DNA of 64,000 nt from Scenedesmus sp. PABB004 (taxonomy: Eukaryota), in NCBI GenBank assembly GCA_014905635.1, contig JABVCE010000002.1, forward strand, positions 186,001 to 250,000. The letters run 5' to 3'. Each line of letters begins with the position of its first letter. The first letter of the stretch is position 1. The notes under the pieces were generated by a model that did no database searches, was not told where the DNA came from, and saw nothing but the letters and a program-made list of their open reading frames with translations. Below are positions 11,927-25,489 of the stretch, piece by piece. The position numbers and the translations under genes were made by a program.

Positions 11927-14900
11927 GCTCACGCGCCGCGCCCGCGCCGCGCCGCCCGCGCGCGCAGGTGCGGGATCGACGAGGAGACGGCGGCCCGGCT
12001 GGCGCGGGAGATTGAGCGCGGCGACACCAGCAACCCGCACCTGGCGGAGGAGCGCGGGCAGGAGGTGGACGACTCGGGGGTGAGAGACCCCGCGCTCCGC
12101 GCGCCGCGCGGCGCCGCCGGCGCAGCAGCCGGCGCTGCCAGCGCCGGCAGCGGGCCGGCAGCGCGCGCCGACCTGCGCGCCCGCACCGCCCCACCCCGGC
12201 CCGCGCCGCGCCGCCCCGCCCGCGCCGCCGCGCCGCCCTGCCCCGCGCGCGGCGCAGCTGGACGAGGAGGACAAGTATTCGGGCGTCATCCGGCCGGAGG
12301 ACCTCATGCGCATGCGCGCCAACGCGCACCACCACATCCACATGCAGCGCCAGAATGGCGCGGCGCCGCAGCAGCAGCACCACCCGCAGCAGCCCAAGCC
12401 CGCGGCGTGGTCGCGCGCGGGCTCGGGGCTCAGCGCCGTCGCGGGCGGCATGCAGCAGCGCCCCGGGACCGCGCCGCAGGCGCCGCCCGGCATCGGGCCG
12501 TCGGCGGCGGCGGCCGCCGCCGCCGCCGCCGCGGCGGGCAGCGCCGGCCCGCTCGCGCCGCCGGGGCTGCCGTCGGCGCCCGTCTCCATCCCCGCGCGGC
12601 CCAGCGCCAGCGGCGGCGGCGCGCTGGTGGGCTCGGCGGGCGTGAGCAGCAGCCCCGCGAGCGGCGTGAGCGGCTCGGCGCCGGTCGACATCGACCCGCG
12701 CCGCGAGGCCAACAAGGTGCGCCTGAGCCTGACCGGCAGCCTGGGCAAGAACCGCAGCAGCCCCTACGGCACGCCCAAGGGCATGAAGAGCCCGCTCATG
12801 AGCCCGCTCATCAGCGACCCGCTGAAGGTCGCGGCGCTCAACCTCGAGCCCGGCGTCACAAAGGCGCGGCGCGCGCGGCGGCGCGGGCGCGGCGCGGTGG
12901 CGGCGCGGGCACGGGCACGGCGCGGCGTACGCGCACGCGCGCGCGCGCGGCACGCCGCTGAGCGCGCCGCCCGCCTCGTGACGCGCGCGGCCAGGTGGAC
13001 GACGCGACGCGGGCGGAGTTCATCCGGTACAAGGCCCAGCTGCAGGCGCAGCGCGACGCGGCGGCCGCGCAGAGCGCGCTCTCCTCCGCGCTCGCGGGCG
13101 CCAAGCTCGGCGCGTCGCCCGGCGACGCGGGCGGCGCCGAGCCCGGCGGCGCGGAGGGCGGCGCGCCGGCGGCGGCGGCCAAGCCCAAGCTGTCCAAGCT
13201 CAACCCCAACGCCAAGCCCTTTTCCCTCAACATCAACGCCAAGCCCTTTGTGCCGGGCGGCGGCGGCAGCAGCAGCTCGCAGCAGGGCGCGGCGGCGATG
13301 CCGCCTGTGCCGCCGGGCGTCGGCGCGCCGCCGGGGCTGGGGCCGGGGGGCATGATGATGCCGCTGGGCGCGGGCGGCCCGCCGCCGGGGCTCACGCCCG
13401 TGCCGCCGGCGCGCATGGGCGGCCAGCCACCGCCGCCGATGCCACCCGGCGGTCCGGGCATGGTGCCGCCGCCGCCGGGTGCGATGCACGTGCCGCCCGG
13501 CGGGCTGCCGCCGGGCGCGGTGCCGCTGCCGCCGGGCGCGGTGATGGGCCCCGGCATGCACATGGTCGGCCCGGGGCCGCACCAGGGCGGCGCGATGGTC
13601 ATGGGCCCGCAGGGGATGGCCCCCGCCGCCGTGGCGGCCGCAGCGGCTGCCGCCATGGGCATGGGCCCGCCGCCGCCGGGCATGATGCCGCCGCCGGGCG
13701 TCATGCCCGTGCCACGGCCGCCCATGGGCCCCGGGGGGCCGCCGCCGCCAGGTGAGGCCGGCGCGGGGACGCAGGCGCGGGCGGAGCCGCCGCGCAGCGT
13801 CCGCGCGCGCCGCCACCGCTCCGCGCCGCGGCGCCCTGACCGCCGCGCGCCGCGCCCGCGCGCGCCGCGCGCGCAGGCATCGGCAAGCCCGGCGGCCCGC
13901 CGGACCGCGGCGAGCGCGGGCCGCACCCGCCGCCGCGCGGCGGGGTCAAGGGGCCCATGGAGCGCGGCGACCTGCCGCCCGGCGTGCCACCTGGCGTGCC
14001 GCCCGGCGCGGGGCACCACCCGCCGATGCGGGGCGGCATGGGGGGCCCCCACATGGGCGCGCCGCCGCCGCCGGGCCGCCGCCGGGCGTGGGCCCGGGCG
14101 AGGGCGGGCCGGGGCCGATGGGCATGGGGGGCGGGCCGATGCACCCGCGCGGCGACAGCGGCCCGCCGCCGCAGATGGTGCCGGGCGGCATGCCAATGGC
14201 GCCGCCGATGATGGTGCCCCCGGGGCACCGCGGCGGCCCGCCGCCGCCCGACGGCCCGCCCATGGGCCGCGCGGCGGCGAGGGCGGCAGCTTCTCGCGCG
14301 GCGGCGACCACCGCGGCGGCGACCCGCGCGGCATGCACAACAGGGAGCCGCGCAGCGGGCGCGGCTACGGGCACACGCCGGAGCGCGACGGCGAGCACAC
14401 GCCGCCGCCGCCCGGCAGCGGCGGCAGCACGCCGGGGCACATGCACCCGCGCGGCGGGCCGCCGGGCGGGCACGGCCCGCCCTTCCCGCCCGAGGGGCCC
14501 CACGGCGGCATGCACGGCGGCGGCCCGCACGGCCCGCCGCCGTACGGGCAGCCGCCGCAGCACCGCGGCGGCCCCGACGGCCCGCCCGGGCGCGCGGACA
14601 GCAGCAGCAGCAGCGGGCCGGGCGGCGGCGGCGGGTACAGCCCGGCGCCGCACCACGAGCGCGGCCCGCCGCCGCCGCACGGGCCCATGGGGCAGCCGCC
14701 CGCGCCGCCCGCCGCTCGCGGCGAGGGCGGCAGCTTCAGCGGCCCGCAGAGCGGCGACCGCGGCGGCCCGCACGGCCCGCACGACCGCGGCGGCGACCGC
14801 GGCGGCGAGCGCGGCCCGCCGCCGGGCCCCTACGGACCAGGCCACCCGGGGATGCCGCACCACGCGATGGTCGCCTCGAGCGGCGCGATGCACCCGGGCA

Positions 14901-15913
14901 TGCCGGGCGGCATGATGGTGGGTCGAGTCTCCCACCGCGCCGCGCACGGCCCGCTGCGCACCGCGCGCCAGCGCTCACCCGCCGCGCCGCGCCGCGCCGC
15001 GCCGTCGGGCAGGCGATGCCGATGCTGCCGCCGGGCGTGGTGGGGCAGTACGGCCCGGGCGGGCCGGTGATGCTGCAGTACGGCCCCGGCGGGCCGCAGG
15101 GTCCGGGCGGCGTCATCTTCGCCGGCCAGCCCGCGTTCATGGTGCCGCCCGGCATGCAGGCGCGCCCCGCGCGCGCCGCGCGCGCCGCGCGCGCCCGCGC
15201 CACGCGCGCGCCACGCGCCGCGCGCCGCGCCCCGCGCCCGACCAACAACCCCTCCGCCGCCGCCGCCGCCGCTGCTGCTGCGCGCGCAGCCGCCGCCGTA
15301 CATGTACGTCGGCGTGCCGCCCGGCTCGTCGCCGCAGGGGCGGCCGGGCTTCTTCCCGCCGGGCGGGTACCCGATGCCCATGTCGCCGGGCGGCATGGGC
15401 GGGCCCATGCCGCGCCCGCCGGGCGGCGGGCAGGGCCACGACGGCCCGCACGGCGCGCCGGGCACGCCCACCGCGCCCAGCCCGCACGGCATGGCGCGCG
15501 GCCCCGGCGGCGGCAACCGCGCGGAGCGGCGCGGGCAGTTCAAGCAGCAGGGCGGCCCCGGCGGCCCGGGCGGCCCCGGCGGCCGGCGCGAGGGCGGCAG
15601 GGACGGCGGCGGCAGCGGCGCGCAGCCGGCGACGCCGCCGGGCGTGGGCAGCAGCAGCGGAAGCGCGCCGGCGACGCCGCCGGGCGTGGCCGCCGCCGCG
15701 GCGGCGCCGCCGCCGCCGCCGCCACCGCCGCCGGCTGCCGGCGGGGATGACGGCGGCAGCGGCGGCGCCGGCAGCACAGCCGAGCCGCCTGCGCCGCCGC
15801 CGGCGCCTGCGCCGCCTGCGCCGGCAGCGCCCGCGCCGGAGCCGGCGGCAGCGGCAGCGCTGGTGCCCGGCGGCGGGGAGGGCGGCAACGGCTCGCCCCC
15901 GGCGGCCGAGTGA
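10914..15913 (+). CDS. Ataxin-2/Pbp1/CID3-4-like protein (Lsm, LsmAD, PAM2, Pro/Gly/Met-rich C-terminus)
   Basis: Lsm (LIGYKVEVQ|LVDGTVWEGVFH), FETDAAIS, LsmAD (WDQFAVNEKKFG..YYTVRLD..AARLAREIE..NPHLAEERG..DEEDKYSGV) and tandem PAM2 KLNPNAKPFSLNINAKPFVP. Apparent 1-nt deletion near 14266. Confidence 0.9.
11500..11925. repeat. (CAG/CGG)n tracts in two introns of the ataxin-2-like gene
   Basis: Tracts at about 11500-11606 and 11865-11925. Confidence 0.75.
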
Positions 15914-16259
15914 GCCCCCGGCGGAGCGCCCGCGCCCGCGGCCGGTTGCATGCTCGCGGGGGTGTGCTGCGGCGGCAGCACGATTCTGCCGCGCGCCGCC
16001 CGCGCGGCGCCCGGGCGGTCGAGCGGACGTTTTAACGCGCCGTGCCCCGACAAGTGCAGCGGCGCGGCGCCGGGCCAGCAGTCCTTCGCCAGAGCCGATC
16101 CCGATCACGATCACGTAGAGCCAGACGCCTCAAGGGCGCACCGCTGCCATTGCCGTTGCCGCCGCAGCGCCGCGCCGCGCCGCTGTGCACAGCGGGCGCG
16201 GCTGGACGGCGGGCGCGCGGTCCTCGAAGCGGCGTGATGCCGCGGAGAGGCCTCGCGCG

Positions 16260-17143
16260 ATGAAAATGTGCGTGGCGAGCTGCCCGGCGCGCGAGCAGCG
16301 GCGGCCGGCTCGCTGTTGCCTCACGCGCCGCCGTCTGCGCACGGCACGCAGTGTCGAGCAGAACGGCGGGCTGCTGTCCAACCACGAGGTCGCACAGGTT
16401 GGTGCCGGGAGCGCCGGCCGCGTCTAGGCGGGGCGCCGCCGACGCCGCTGCCGTCGCCGCAGGTGCTCAAGGACCGCGGCGCCGACCCCTCCGCCGGGCT
16501 CAACGTGCGGGCCAAGGCGTCGGAGAAGACGGTGCGTCGTCAACAGGCGACGGCGCCGGCAGCGCCACGCGTGCCGCCCACGGCGGCGGGCGGCAGCGGG
16601 TTCGCGGGCTCGCGGAGGCGCGCGCCCCACCCTGCGGCTGCCACGCCTGCCCGCCCGCCGCAGGTGTACGAGTACCTGGTGTCGCACGGGGGCCGCCCAG
16701 GGACCGCGAGCAGCTGGCGGCGCTCATCGCCGACCTGAAGGTGGGCTGCGCTCCGTCACGCGCCCGCCGACGCCGCTGCCGCACGGGGCCAGGCGGCGGA
16801 GGGCCGCCTGCCACGCGCGCGGCCTGGCCGGCAGCGGGCGCTGCCGCCGCCGCGCGCACGGTGCCCGCCGCGGCCGACGCCCCGCCGCCTGCGCCGCCGC
16901 CGCCTGCGCCGCCGCCGCGCTGCGCTGCGCTGCACGCAGCCGCTGGGGCTGACGCGCGCGGAGCTGGTGCAGGTGCTGAACCTCGCGCCCAGCACGCCGG
17001 TGGAGGTGCACCTCATCGTGGAGGAGTGCGAGGAGCGGCTGAGCGAGGCGCAGGTCGCGCAGCTCATCGACGCCGTGGCGCGGCGCCTCGGCCCGGTGCC
17101 GCGCGGCGGCGGCGCCAGCGGCGGCGACGCGATGCAGGAGTGA
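16260..17143 (+). CDS. RPC17: RNA polymerase III subunit RPC17/RPC9 (Rpb4/CRCP family)
   Basis: MKI|VEQNGGLLSNHEV..VYEYL..LTRAELVQVLNLAPSTPVEVHLIVEECEERLSE. Apparent 1-nt deletion near 16698. Confidence 0.85.
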
Positions 17144-17448
17144 CGCGAGCTGCTGACGCGAGCTGCCCGGGGGTGGAGCGAGGCAGGGAGCCAGGGGCAC
17201 GTGCCGCACGGCGGGCGGCGGGCGCGGCGCTGTGACGGTCTCTCGTCTCCGACTCTCCGCGTGCCCCCCGCCCTTTCACGCGCCTCCCATTCGCGTGCAG
17301 CGTACGACGCACCGCTTGCGCGGTCCGGCGCGGTCGGCGCGCGGCGCGCTCGCCTCGACAAGGACGGGGGGACCGCGATAACAGCAGCGAGCTCGTTGGC
17401 GGCGTGCCGCAGCCTCCCGGGGCCTGCCCACGCGGCCAAAATCCCCGA

Positions 17449-19120
17449 ATGGCTCACCTCGCGCCGTTCGTGCTGCTGCTGGCCGCGGCAGCGGCGGCAC
17501 CGGCCGCGGCAGCGGCGGCACCGGCCGAGCGGCTGAGCCTCGCGGAGTGCATGGCTCGAGGCGGCGTGGAGCTCATCGGCAGCGACCACCCCGGCTACGA
17601 CGCCGCGCGACGAACGTACAACGGCTTCTCCTCCGCCTGGCCCACGGGCGTCGCGCTGCCGGCGACCGCGGCGCAGGCCGCCGCCGCCGTGCGCTGCGCG
17701 CGCGCCGCGGGCGTGCCGGTCAACCCCCGCTGCGGCGGGCACGGCAACGAGGGCGAGAGCGTGATCACGGGCCACCTCACGCTCGACCTCCAGAGGCTCG
17801 CGGCAGTGAGGCTGTCGCGCGACAAGCAGACCGTCCGCGTCGGCGGCGGCGCGACCATGGGCCAGTGCGTGCGCACGCCGCGCCGCGCGCCGCGCTGCGC
17901 GCGCCGGCTGGCTGCTGACGCGCGCGCGGCTGGCTGGCTGGCTGCTGACGCCCGGCGCGGCTGGCTGCTGACGCCCGGCGCGCCGCGCGCCGCGCGCCGC
18001 GTGCCGCGCGCCGCGCAGGCTGCTCGCGGGGCTCTGGCGGCAGAGCAACGGCACGCGGGGCTTCCCGAGCGGCTCCAAGTTCAGCGTCGGCGTGGCCGGC
18101 TTTGTGCTCGGCGGCGGATTCGGCTCGTTCCACCGCTGGGCCGGCCTCGGCGCGGACCAGCTCATCGCGCTGACCGGCGTGACCGCGGCGGGGGGCCTCA
18201 TCACCGCCAACGCCACGCACCACGCCGACCTGCTCTGGGCCAGCCGCGGCGGCGGCGGCGGCAAGTTTGTGGTCGTCACCGAGATGGTGCTCGCGACCAT
18301 GGACCTCAGCGGCGGCACGACCAATTTTGAATTTGCGGTGCCCCACGACCGAGTGCGGCGCGGCGCGGCGCGCCGCGGCCGCGGGCCGCGGCGCGCGCGC
18401 GGCGCGCGCGCGCGCGGGCGCGCTGCTCACGCCGCCGCGCCGGCGCCGGCCGCCGTCGCAGGCGATCGAAACGATGGTGTGGTTCCAGGCCTGGGCGCTG
18501 GGCCTGCCCAACCGCTTCATCCCGCGCTCAGGCATCGAACCCGACCCCACCAGCCCTGGTCGCGTGACGTACTTCATCGCGGGACGCGTGGGTCGCGCGG
18601 GGCTGCGACGGAGCGCGCGCGCGCGCGCCGCACCGCGCGCCGCACACGCCCCTCGCCCACCGCCCCGCGCTCAGCGCCGCCGCCGCCGCCGCCGCCGCAG
18701 TTTTTCGGCGGCGAGGCGGACGCGAAGGCCGCGCTGCTCGCGGCGGGGCTGGAGGTCAGCAGCGGCGGCCTCGCGCGCCTGTCGGACTTAACGTTTACGT
18801 ACGAGCGCGACATCCTGCGCTCCTTTGCCACGGAGAACGAGCTCGGCGCGGCGCTCGCGGGCGGCGCCGACCTGCTGTCGGTCATGTCCAACCGCAGCAC
18901 GTTTGAGTTTGAGTACAACTGGTACTTCAAATATCGCTCCCTCATCCTCGACGCCCCGCTGCCCCGCGATGCGCTGGCCATCGTGCTCGACGCGGCGCAG
19001 GAGTACCCCGGTGCGCCCGCGCGCCGCGTGCGCATCGCGCGCGCGCGCGCAACCGGCGCGCAGCGCGTCCGCCCGCCGCCTCACGCCTCACGCCTCGCGC
19101 CCCTCCCCCCCCCCCCCCCA

Positions 19121-19212
<92 letters not shown>

Positions 19213-19792
19213 CACAGGCTTCCACGTGGAGGTGAAGTTCCTCGGCGGCGCCGTCGCCGCGGTGCCGCCCGAGGCGAGCGCGGCGAGCCACCTGCGGCGC
19301 GGCGCCATCATCTTCATCCTGCGCGGCACAAAGGTCGCCCGCGCGCCGCCCGCCGCGGCCGCGGGCGCGGCGGGCGCGTGCCTCGACGCCGCCGGCGCGG
19401 CCGCGGCGGCCGCCGCGGCGGGCGCCGAGGTGCGCGCGGGGTCGCACAACGCGACGCGCACGATCAAGGCCGTCGCGGCGAGCCTGGGCGCGCCGGTGCG
19501 GAGCTACATCAACTTTCGCGACAGCGACGTTCCAAGCTTTGTGCCGGACTACAGGGCCGCCTATTACGGCGACAACGTGGCGGCGCTGGAGTGCCTCAAG
19601 GCAAAGTACGACCCCGGCGACCTCTTCAGGCAGCCGCTCGACATCGAGCCGCCCCCCGGCGGCGCGCCGCCGGGCTGCGCGCCGCTGCTCGCGCGGCTGG
19701 GCGCCGCGACGGCGGCGTACTCGCGGCAGCTCGGCGCGCGCGTCGCGCGCGGCGCGGCGGCGGGCGCGGGCCGCGCGGGCGGGCGGCGGTGA
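17449..19792 (+). CDS. Secreted FAD-linked oxidoreductase, berberine-bridge-enzyme-like
   Basis: Signal peptide, RCGGHGNEG flavin-attachment motif, VGVAGFVLGGGFG, DLLWASRGGGGG, and C-terminal BBE domain YINFRD..YYGDN..KAKYDPGDLF. Confidence 0.88.
19122..19210. repeat. (CA)n microsatellite, intronic
   Basis: About 44 CA units directly before a 3' splice site. Confidence 0.95.
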
Positions 19793-20084
19793 CGGCGTTG
19801 GCCGCGCGGGTCCGGGCGCGCAGGTCAAGGCGCGTTACCACGTCCCCACCGCCGCGGCCCCCGCTGTTCCGCGCGCCCATCGCACGAGGGGGGGCGGGCA
19901 ATGCACTGGTTGGTGTTCAAGTGCCCGACGACGCGCCGCCCCGGTTCGGTGTGCTGAGCCCCGGCGCCCCCCAGGCAATGTGCAGTGCGCTCTCTGTTCT
20001 ATGCCAGAGCGCGCGCGCAGGCCCGGCGCCCCGCGCCCCCCGCCGCGGCCGCCGCCCCCGCTCAGCCGCGCTGGGTGCGCGCGG

Positions 20085-21820
20085 TCACAGGTTGGTGACG
20101 CCGCGCGGGATGCGCACGCTGAGGCCGTTGAGCATGGTCTGCAGGTACCCCGCCGCGACGGCCATGTCGCCGCTGTCCAGCACCGCGGCCCACTCGTGGA
20201 AGGGGACCGCCAGCACAGTGTAGCCCCGGTACTGCAGCGCCCAGCGCGTCGCCGCGGCGGCCGCGGTGGGCGCGTACGGCGGGTTGCGCGCGCACCACGC
20301 CGGCGGCACCACCTGCCACGCGACGCACACGCCGCTGTGCTTCAGCGGCAGCCCCACGCGCACGAGGCCGTCCAGCGTTAGCACCGGCTCGCCCACGGGG
20401 AGGTGGAGGTGCTGCAGCGCCTGCCCGGCGCCGGCGAGCGCGCGGGTCAGCGGCGGCGGCGGCGGGGGCGCGCAAGTGCGGGCGCGGCGCAGCGCGGCGC
20501 GGCGCGGCGCGCACCTCGCGCACGCTGGCCTCCAGCGCCCGCTGCGTGAGCACGCGGGGGTCGCGGAACTTCCAGCTGCTGAAGTGCTGCGTCTGCGGCT
20601 GCTCCGGCGCCGCCTGCTGCGCCGCCTGGTGCTGCTCGTACTCGGGCGACACCCGCACCGCGTCGAGCAGCCACGCCGCCGCCGCCTGCGGCTGCAGGTG
20701 GCTGGGCAGGCTAATGGTGCGCGGCGCGGCGCGCGAGAGCTGCGCGCGGGCGGGCGGGCGGGCGGCGCGCGCGCGGGCGGGCGGGCGGCGCGTCGGTCGG
20801 GCGGGCGCGCGTGGCAGGCGCCGGCGGCGCACGAGGCCTGGCGGCGCGGGCGGACGCGCGCGGCGGGCGCGGGCGCCGCGCGTGGGGCCGCGTGGGCGTG
20901 GTGTTGGTGCTGGTGTTGGGTGTTGGTGGTGCCGCGCACCTCCTTGACGTACACGCTGTAGCTCTCCGCGAGGAGGGGGTTGGGGTCGAGCATGACGTGC
21001 CCGAGCTGCTGGTACCGCATGTGCGCGCCCCACAGCGCGGCGAGCTGGGCCTCGCTGAACGCCTCGGCCGGCACGAGCGCGAGGACCTTGAAGCACTCCT
21101 TGGCCATGCCGCCGTGCAGGTGCCCCAGCATCGCAAACGCCCAGCACGCGTCGACGAGCGCGGCCGCGAGCGGCCCGCCCTCGTCGTAGACGGGGCGGCA
21201 GTCCGCCGGCACCGCGGCGGCGCCGTCCCACGACGCGACGGGGCACTCGTCCGCCGCGGGGGCCGCGCGGTACCAGCCGCGGCCACTGGCTGAGGAGGGG
21301 CTGTCGGCGGCGCCGGCGTCGGGCGCGGCCGTGGTGACCACGCCCCGCGCGCCGGCGGGGCTGACCGGCCGCGTGGCCGGCGGCTGCGGCGGCGGCCGCT
21401 GCAGCGGCTTGACGCCGGCGCCCGCCGGGGGCCGGCCGGCGCTGCTGCCGCCGCTGCCGGCGCGCGCGGCGTCACGCTTGATGTAGGTGGTCGTGGTCGT
21501 GCCGTCGCGCCCGACGCTCGTGACGGCGACGTAGTCTGGGCCCAGCGGGTTGGCCTCGACGCAGTCGGGGCCCGGCGGGTTGGGCTCAGCGTACTCGTAG
21601 TCACTCGCCGCGCTCGCCGCGGCCGCCCAGATGCTCGCCGCGCCGCTGCTGCTGCTGCGGCCGCCGCCGCCGCCGGCGGGCGCCGCGGGGGCGGCGCCCG
21701 TGCCGTTGCTGCCGGGGCTGCCCACGGCGGCGGGCGGCGGGGCGTGCACCGGTGCGTGACCGCCGCTGGTGCCGTTGCTGTCAAGCGCCGCCGCCGCGGC
21801 GCTGCTGCTGCTGCTGCTGC

Positions 21821-21853
<33 letters not shown>

Positions 21854-23317
21854 GGGCCATGCCAAACCCCTGCCATGTGGGGCTGGCCCCCGGGCCGCCG
21901 CTCCCCGGGCTGCCCGCGCGGCCGCCAGCGCCCGGCAGGCTGCCGAGGTCGCCGCCCGGCGCCGCGCCGCCGCTCGTGCTGAGGCTGGCCAGCAGCCGCT
22001 GGCCGTCGGTGCTGGTGCGCAGGTTGCGCAGCACCACGCTCACGTGCCCCGCCACGCGGTCCAGCGTGCAGGGGTCGGGCGCGGCCTGCACCGCGGCGAG
22101 GCCCCACATCAGCCGGCCGATGCAGCTCAGCGGCCAGGCCTCCACCTGCGCCGCCATGTGCCCCAGCGCCGCGGCGTGCAGCGGCGGCGAGCTGAAGCGC
22201 AGCACGCCCAGCGCGTGCACGAGGCGCGAGAGGTCGTCGGGGCAGAACGACTGGCGGCGCGCGGCGGCGGCGGCGGCGGGGCGCGGCGGCGGCGGCGGGC
22301 GCGGCGTCGGTGGCGGAGGCGGGCGCGGCGGGCGGCCCGCGCGAGCGCTGCGCCCGGGGGCGCGGCGGACCTCGATGCGCGCGAGTGCCGCGGCCGTGAG
22401 GGCGGCAAAGAGGTCATCATCGTCATCGTAGTGCCCCACCCCGGCAAACGCGGCCGCCGCGTCGGCCAGCGCGCCCGGGCCCAGCGCGGGCAGGCCCTCC
22501 CACAGGAACTCGGTCGCCGCGGCAAAGAGCTCCTGGCTGTACGCGCCGGGCGTGTGCGCCGCCGCGCCCGCGTACGCGGACAGCAGCGCGACCAGCTCGG
22601 CCGGGGTCAGCGCGCCGAGCGCGTTGTACAGCACCGGCACCGCCTGGGTCGCATGGGCGGCCCGCCGCGCGGGCGGCGGCGGCGGCGCGCGTGGGCAGGG
22701 CGACGGGAAGGGGGGCAGGGGGGCTGCGCGTGCGGCTGCAGCCGCACACGCAGGCCGTGCGCGGCCGCTCGTCACTGCCGCCGCGGGGCGCGCACCTGCT
22801 CAAAGAGCTCGCCGTGCCCCGGGCCCAGCCGGGCAAAGAAGAGCAGGCTGCGCACCAGCAGCGCCGGCTCGGCCGCGTCCAGGGACGCCAGCAGCTGGGC
22901 CTGCGCGGGCGCGGCCGGCGCGGCGTCGGCGGTCGCGGGCGCCGCTGCGCCTCCCCGCCCCCTGCGCCGCCGCGCTGGCGCGCACGCGCCGCGCACCTTG
23001 TACTCGTGCGCCAGCCACCGCTGCTGCGGCGGCGCGGCCGCCGCGCTGGCCGCGAGGCTCTCCAGCGCCGCCAGGCTGGGCGCGTCCGCAATGGCGGCGC
23101 GCAGGCCGGCCGGCGACTGCAGGTCGGGCGCCGCGCTGCTGGTGCCGCTGCTGCGGCTGCTACTGCTGCTGCTCCTGCTGCTGCTCCTGCTGCTGCTGCT
23201 GCTGCTGCTGCTGAGCGCCGCCGGGCGCGCCAGCGGCAGCGCCACGTGGCAGCAGCGCCGCAGCAGCACCTGCGGCAGCGGCAGCGGGAGACGGGCGGCT
23301 CGACGCGGGGGCCACAT
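20085..23317 (-). CDS. Organellar helical-repeat (OPR/FAST-like) protein with C-terminal RAP domain
   Basis: Helical repeats (DDLSRLVHALGVL, CIGRLMWGLAAV, VDACWAFAMLGH) and RAP-like end TRWALQYRGYTVLAVPFHEW. The start codon is uncertain. Confidence 0.7.
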
Positions 23318-24056
23318 GCACGAGGCTGTTGGCGCAACCCTGGCCCGCCGCAACAGCGCGCGGCCGCACCGGGTGCGGCGCCAGCGCGCCGCGCGGCCAC
23401 GGCGGCGCTGCGCGCACGGCGGCGGCGCGCGTGTGCATCGCCGCCGCCGGCGCGGGCTGGCCGGGGCACAGCCACAACCCCGGCCTGCCGCCCGGCGGGC
23501 TCTGCAGCGGCGCCCGGGGCCCTGCGGGCGCTGGCGGGCGCGGGGTTGTGGCGCGCTCAGCGGGAGCGCCCCCTCGCGCGCCCGCGCCGCTGGCGGCCGC
23601 GGCGCAGCGTCCGTGACGGGAACGAGACCCTCGGGCACCCGCCGGGCTGGCCGCCGGGGCGCTGCGGGCGCCCTGGGGCGCGCAGGCGCCGGCCGCGCTC
23701 GCCCACCTCGGCAGAGCCGGGCCGCCAGGCGCCCCGCGCCCGCCAGGCGGTACATGACCGACGACGGGCCACCACCACCGCGCAACGTGTCGGCGAGCTA
23801 GGGCGGGGCCGCCTGCTGCTGCTGCTGCCCGGGTGGCCCTGCTGCTGTCGACGGCTGCTCCGCCCGCGTGCCCACGCCGTGTGTGCCGGAGGTGCGACTG
23901 TGGAGCGTGGGAGCCGCGGGCTGCGGTGGGGAGGGGCCGGGTTCGTACGCACGCCGGCCGCCGCGGTCCGGTCGCGGCGCAGCGCAGCGCAGTCACCCGG
24001 CGCGTGGCGCAGCGAGCGCACGACCACAGCGCCGGCGCCGCGCTGCGGGGGGTCGG

Positions 24057-25489
24057 TCAGTAGACGTGTGGGATGATGCGCCAGGGCACGCGCGCGCAGT
24101 AGGCGTCCCAGTCGCGCCCGTACTTGGCGCGGCAGGCCGCCTCGTCGCGGCGCTCGCGGTGGAGCAGCAGCGCGGCAAAGTAGATGCAGTAAAAGTAGGG
24201 CACCACCGCCGCCGCGCCCTCGGCGCCGCAGGGCATGCACCAGGCGAGGCCCATGAGCCAGTCGCCGAGGTAGTTGATGTGCCGCGCCGCGCCCCACCAG
24301 CCGCTCACGAGCAGCCGCGTCCCGCGCGCCGTCGGCATCGACCGCAGGTGCGCGACGCTCGGGTGGTCCGGGTCGCGCCGGAACGCGTTCTTCTGGCCGT
24401 TGGCGCCCCGGAAGATCGCGTAGCCCGCGCCCTGCACCGCGAGCGTCGCGGCGACGCCGGCGGCGCCGAGGCGCGCGGGCGGGCGCGACGCGAGGAAGCG
24501 GGCCTGCGTGCAGAAGGTGAAGGGCACCCACGCGAGGTCGCCAAAGGCCAGCATGAAGCCGAAGCCGTCGGTCGTGATGTCCATGGTCGTGAGGATGGCC
24601 GCCTCGTTCAGCAGCGCGTCGGCGACGTACCAGAGCTCAAAGCCGTTGACCAGCGCCATCGCGACCGTCACGCGGCCGTGTTCCGCGTACTGCGCGTACG
24701 CAAACGACAGGTTGAGCAGCGCCCAGCCGATCATCCCCGGGTAGAGCTCGCAAAACTCCTTCACGTCCACGCCCCCCACACGCGGGTTGAGCTCGCGGCC
24801 CATCCAAAAGTCATACACCCGCACACCCCGCGCGCCGCCGGGCGCGAGCAGCGCGCCGCGCGCGAACGAGGCCCCGTACGCGGCGGCCGCGAGCGCGGTG
24901 CTCGCGAGGATGGCCGCCGTCGTGAGCGGCACAAAGTTGGCCGCGGCCCAGGTGAGGTCGAGCGACCCGGTGCCAAAGCTGAGCAGCGCCGCGGTGCCGT
25001 AGACGATCACAAACACGGGGAAGGCTGCGCCGCGAGCGCGGCCGGCCGGGCGCGGCGGCAGTGGGCGCGCGCGGGCAGCGGCGGGCGCGCGCCCTGATCG
25101 CGGGCCGGCGGCGGCGGCGAGCGCGCGCCGCCGATCGCAGCGGCGTGTGCGCCGCGGCGCCGCCAGCGCCGGCCTGCCCGCTGGCCCTCACCGTTGAGCT
25201 TGTAGGTGAGCCGCCGCTTGTCCGGCAGCTCGACGCCGCGCGCGGTCTGCCCCGGCAGCAGCAGGTGCAGGGCCAGGATGAGCGCGAACCAGCCCAGCAC
25301 CGCGACCATGGCCTCGTGCGTGTACAGCTGCGTGCCTGGCGGCCAGCCCGGCACGCTGAGGCGCGGCCAGAGGCTGAGGCAGCCGTCGGCGTTGCACGCC
25401 CAGCTGAGGCCCAGCACCACGGCCGGCAGCGCCAGCATGATGGCGCCCGGGCCGTAGGGCCCGAAGAACTCCCACTCCTCGTGCGCCAT
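24057..25489 (-). CDS. ERG24: Delta14-sterol reductase (ERG24/FACKEL family), 2 exons
   Basis: YDFWMGRELNPR, DVKEFCELYPG, TTMDITTDGFGFMLAFGDLAWVPF, GWWGAARHINYLGD, CRAKYGRDWDAYCARVPWRIIP. Confidence 0.92.
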
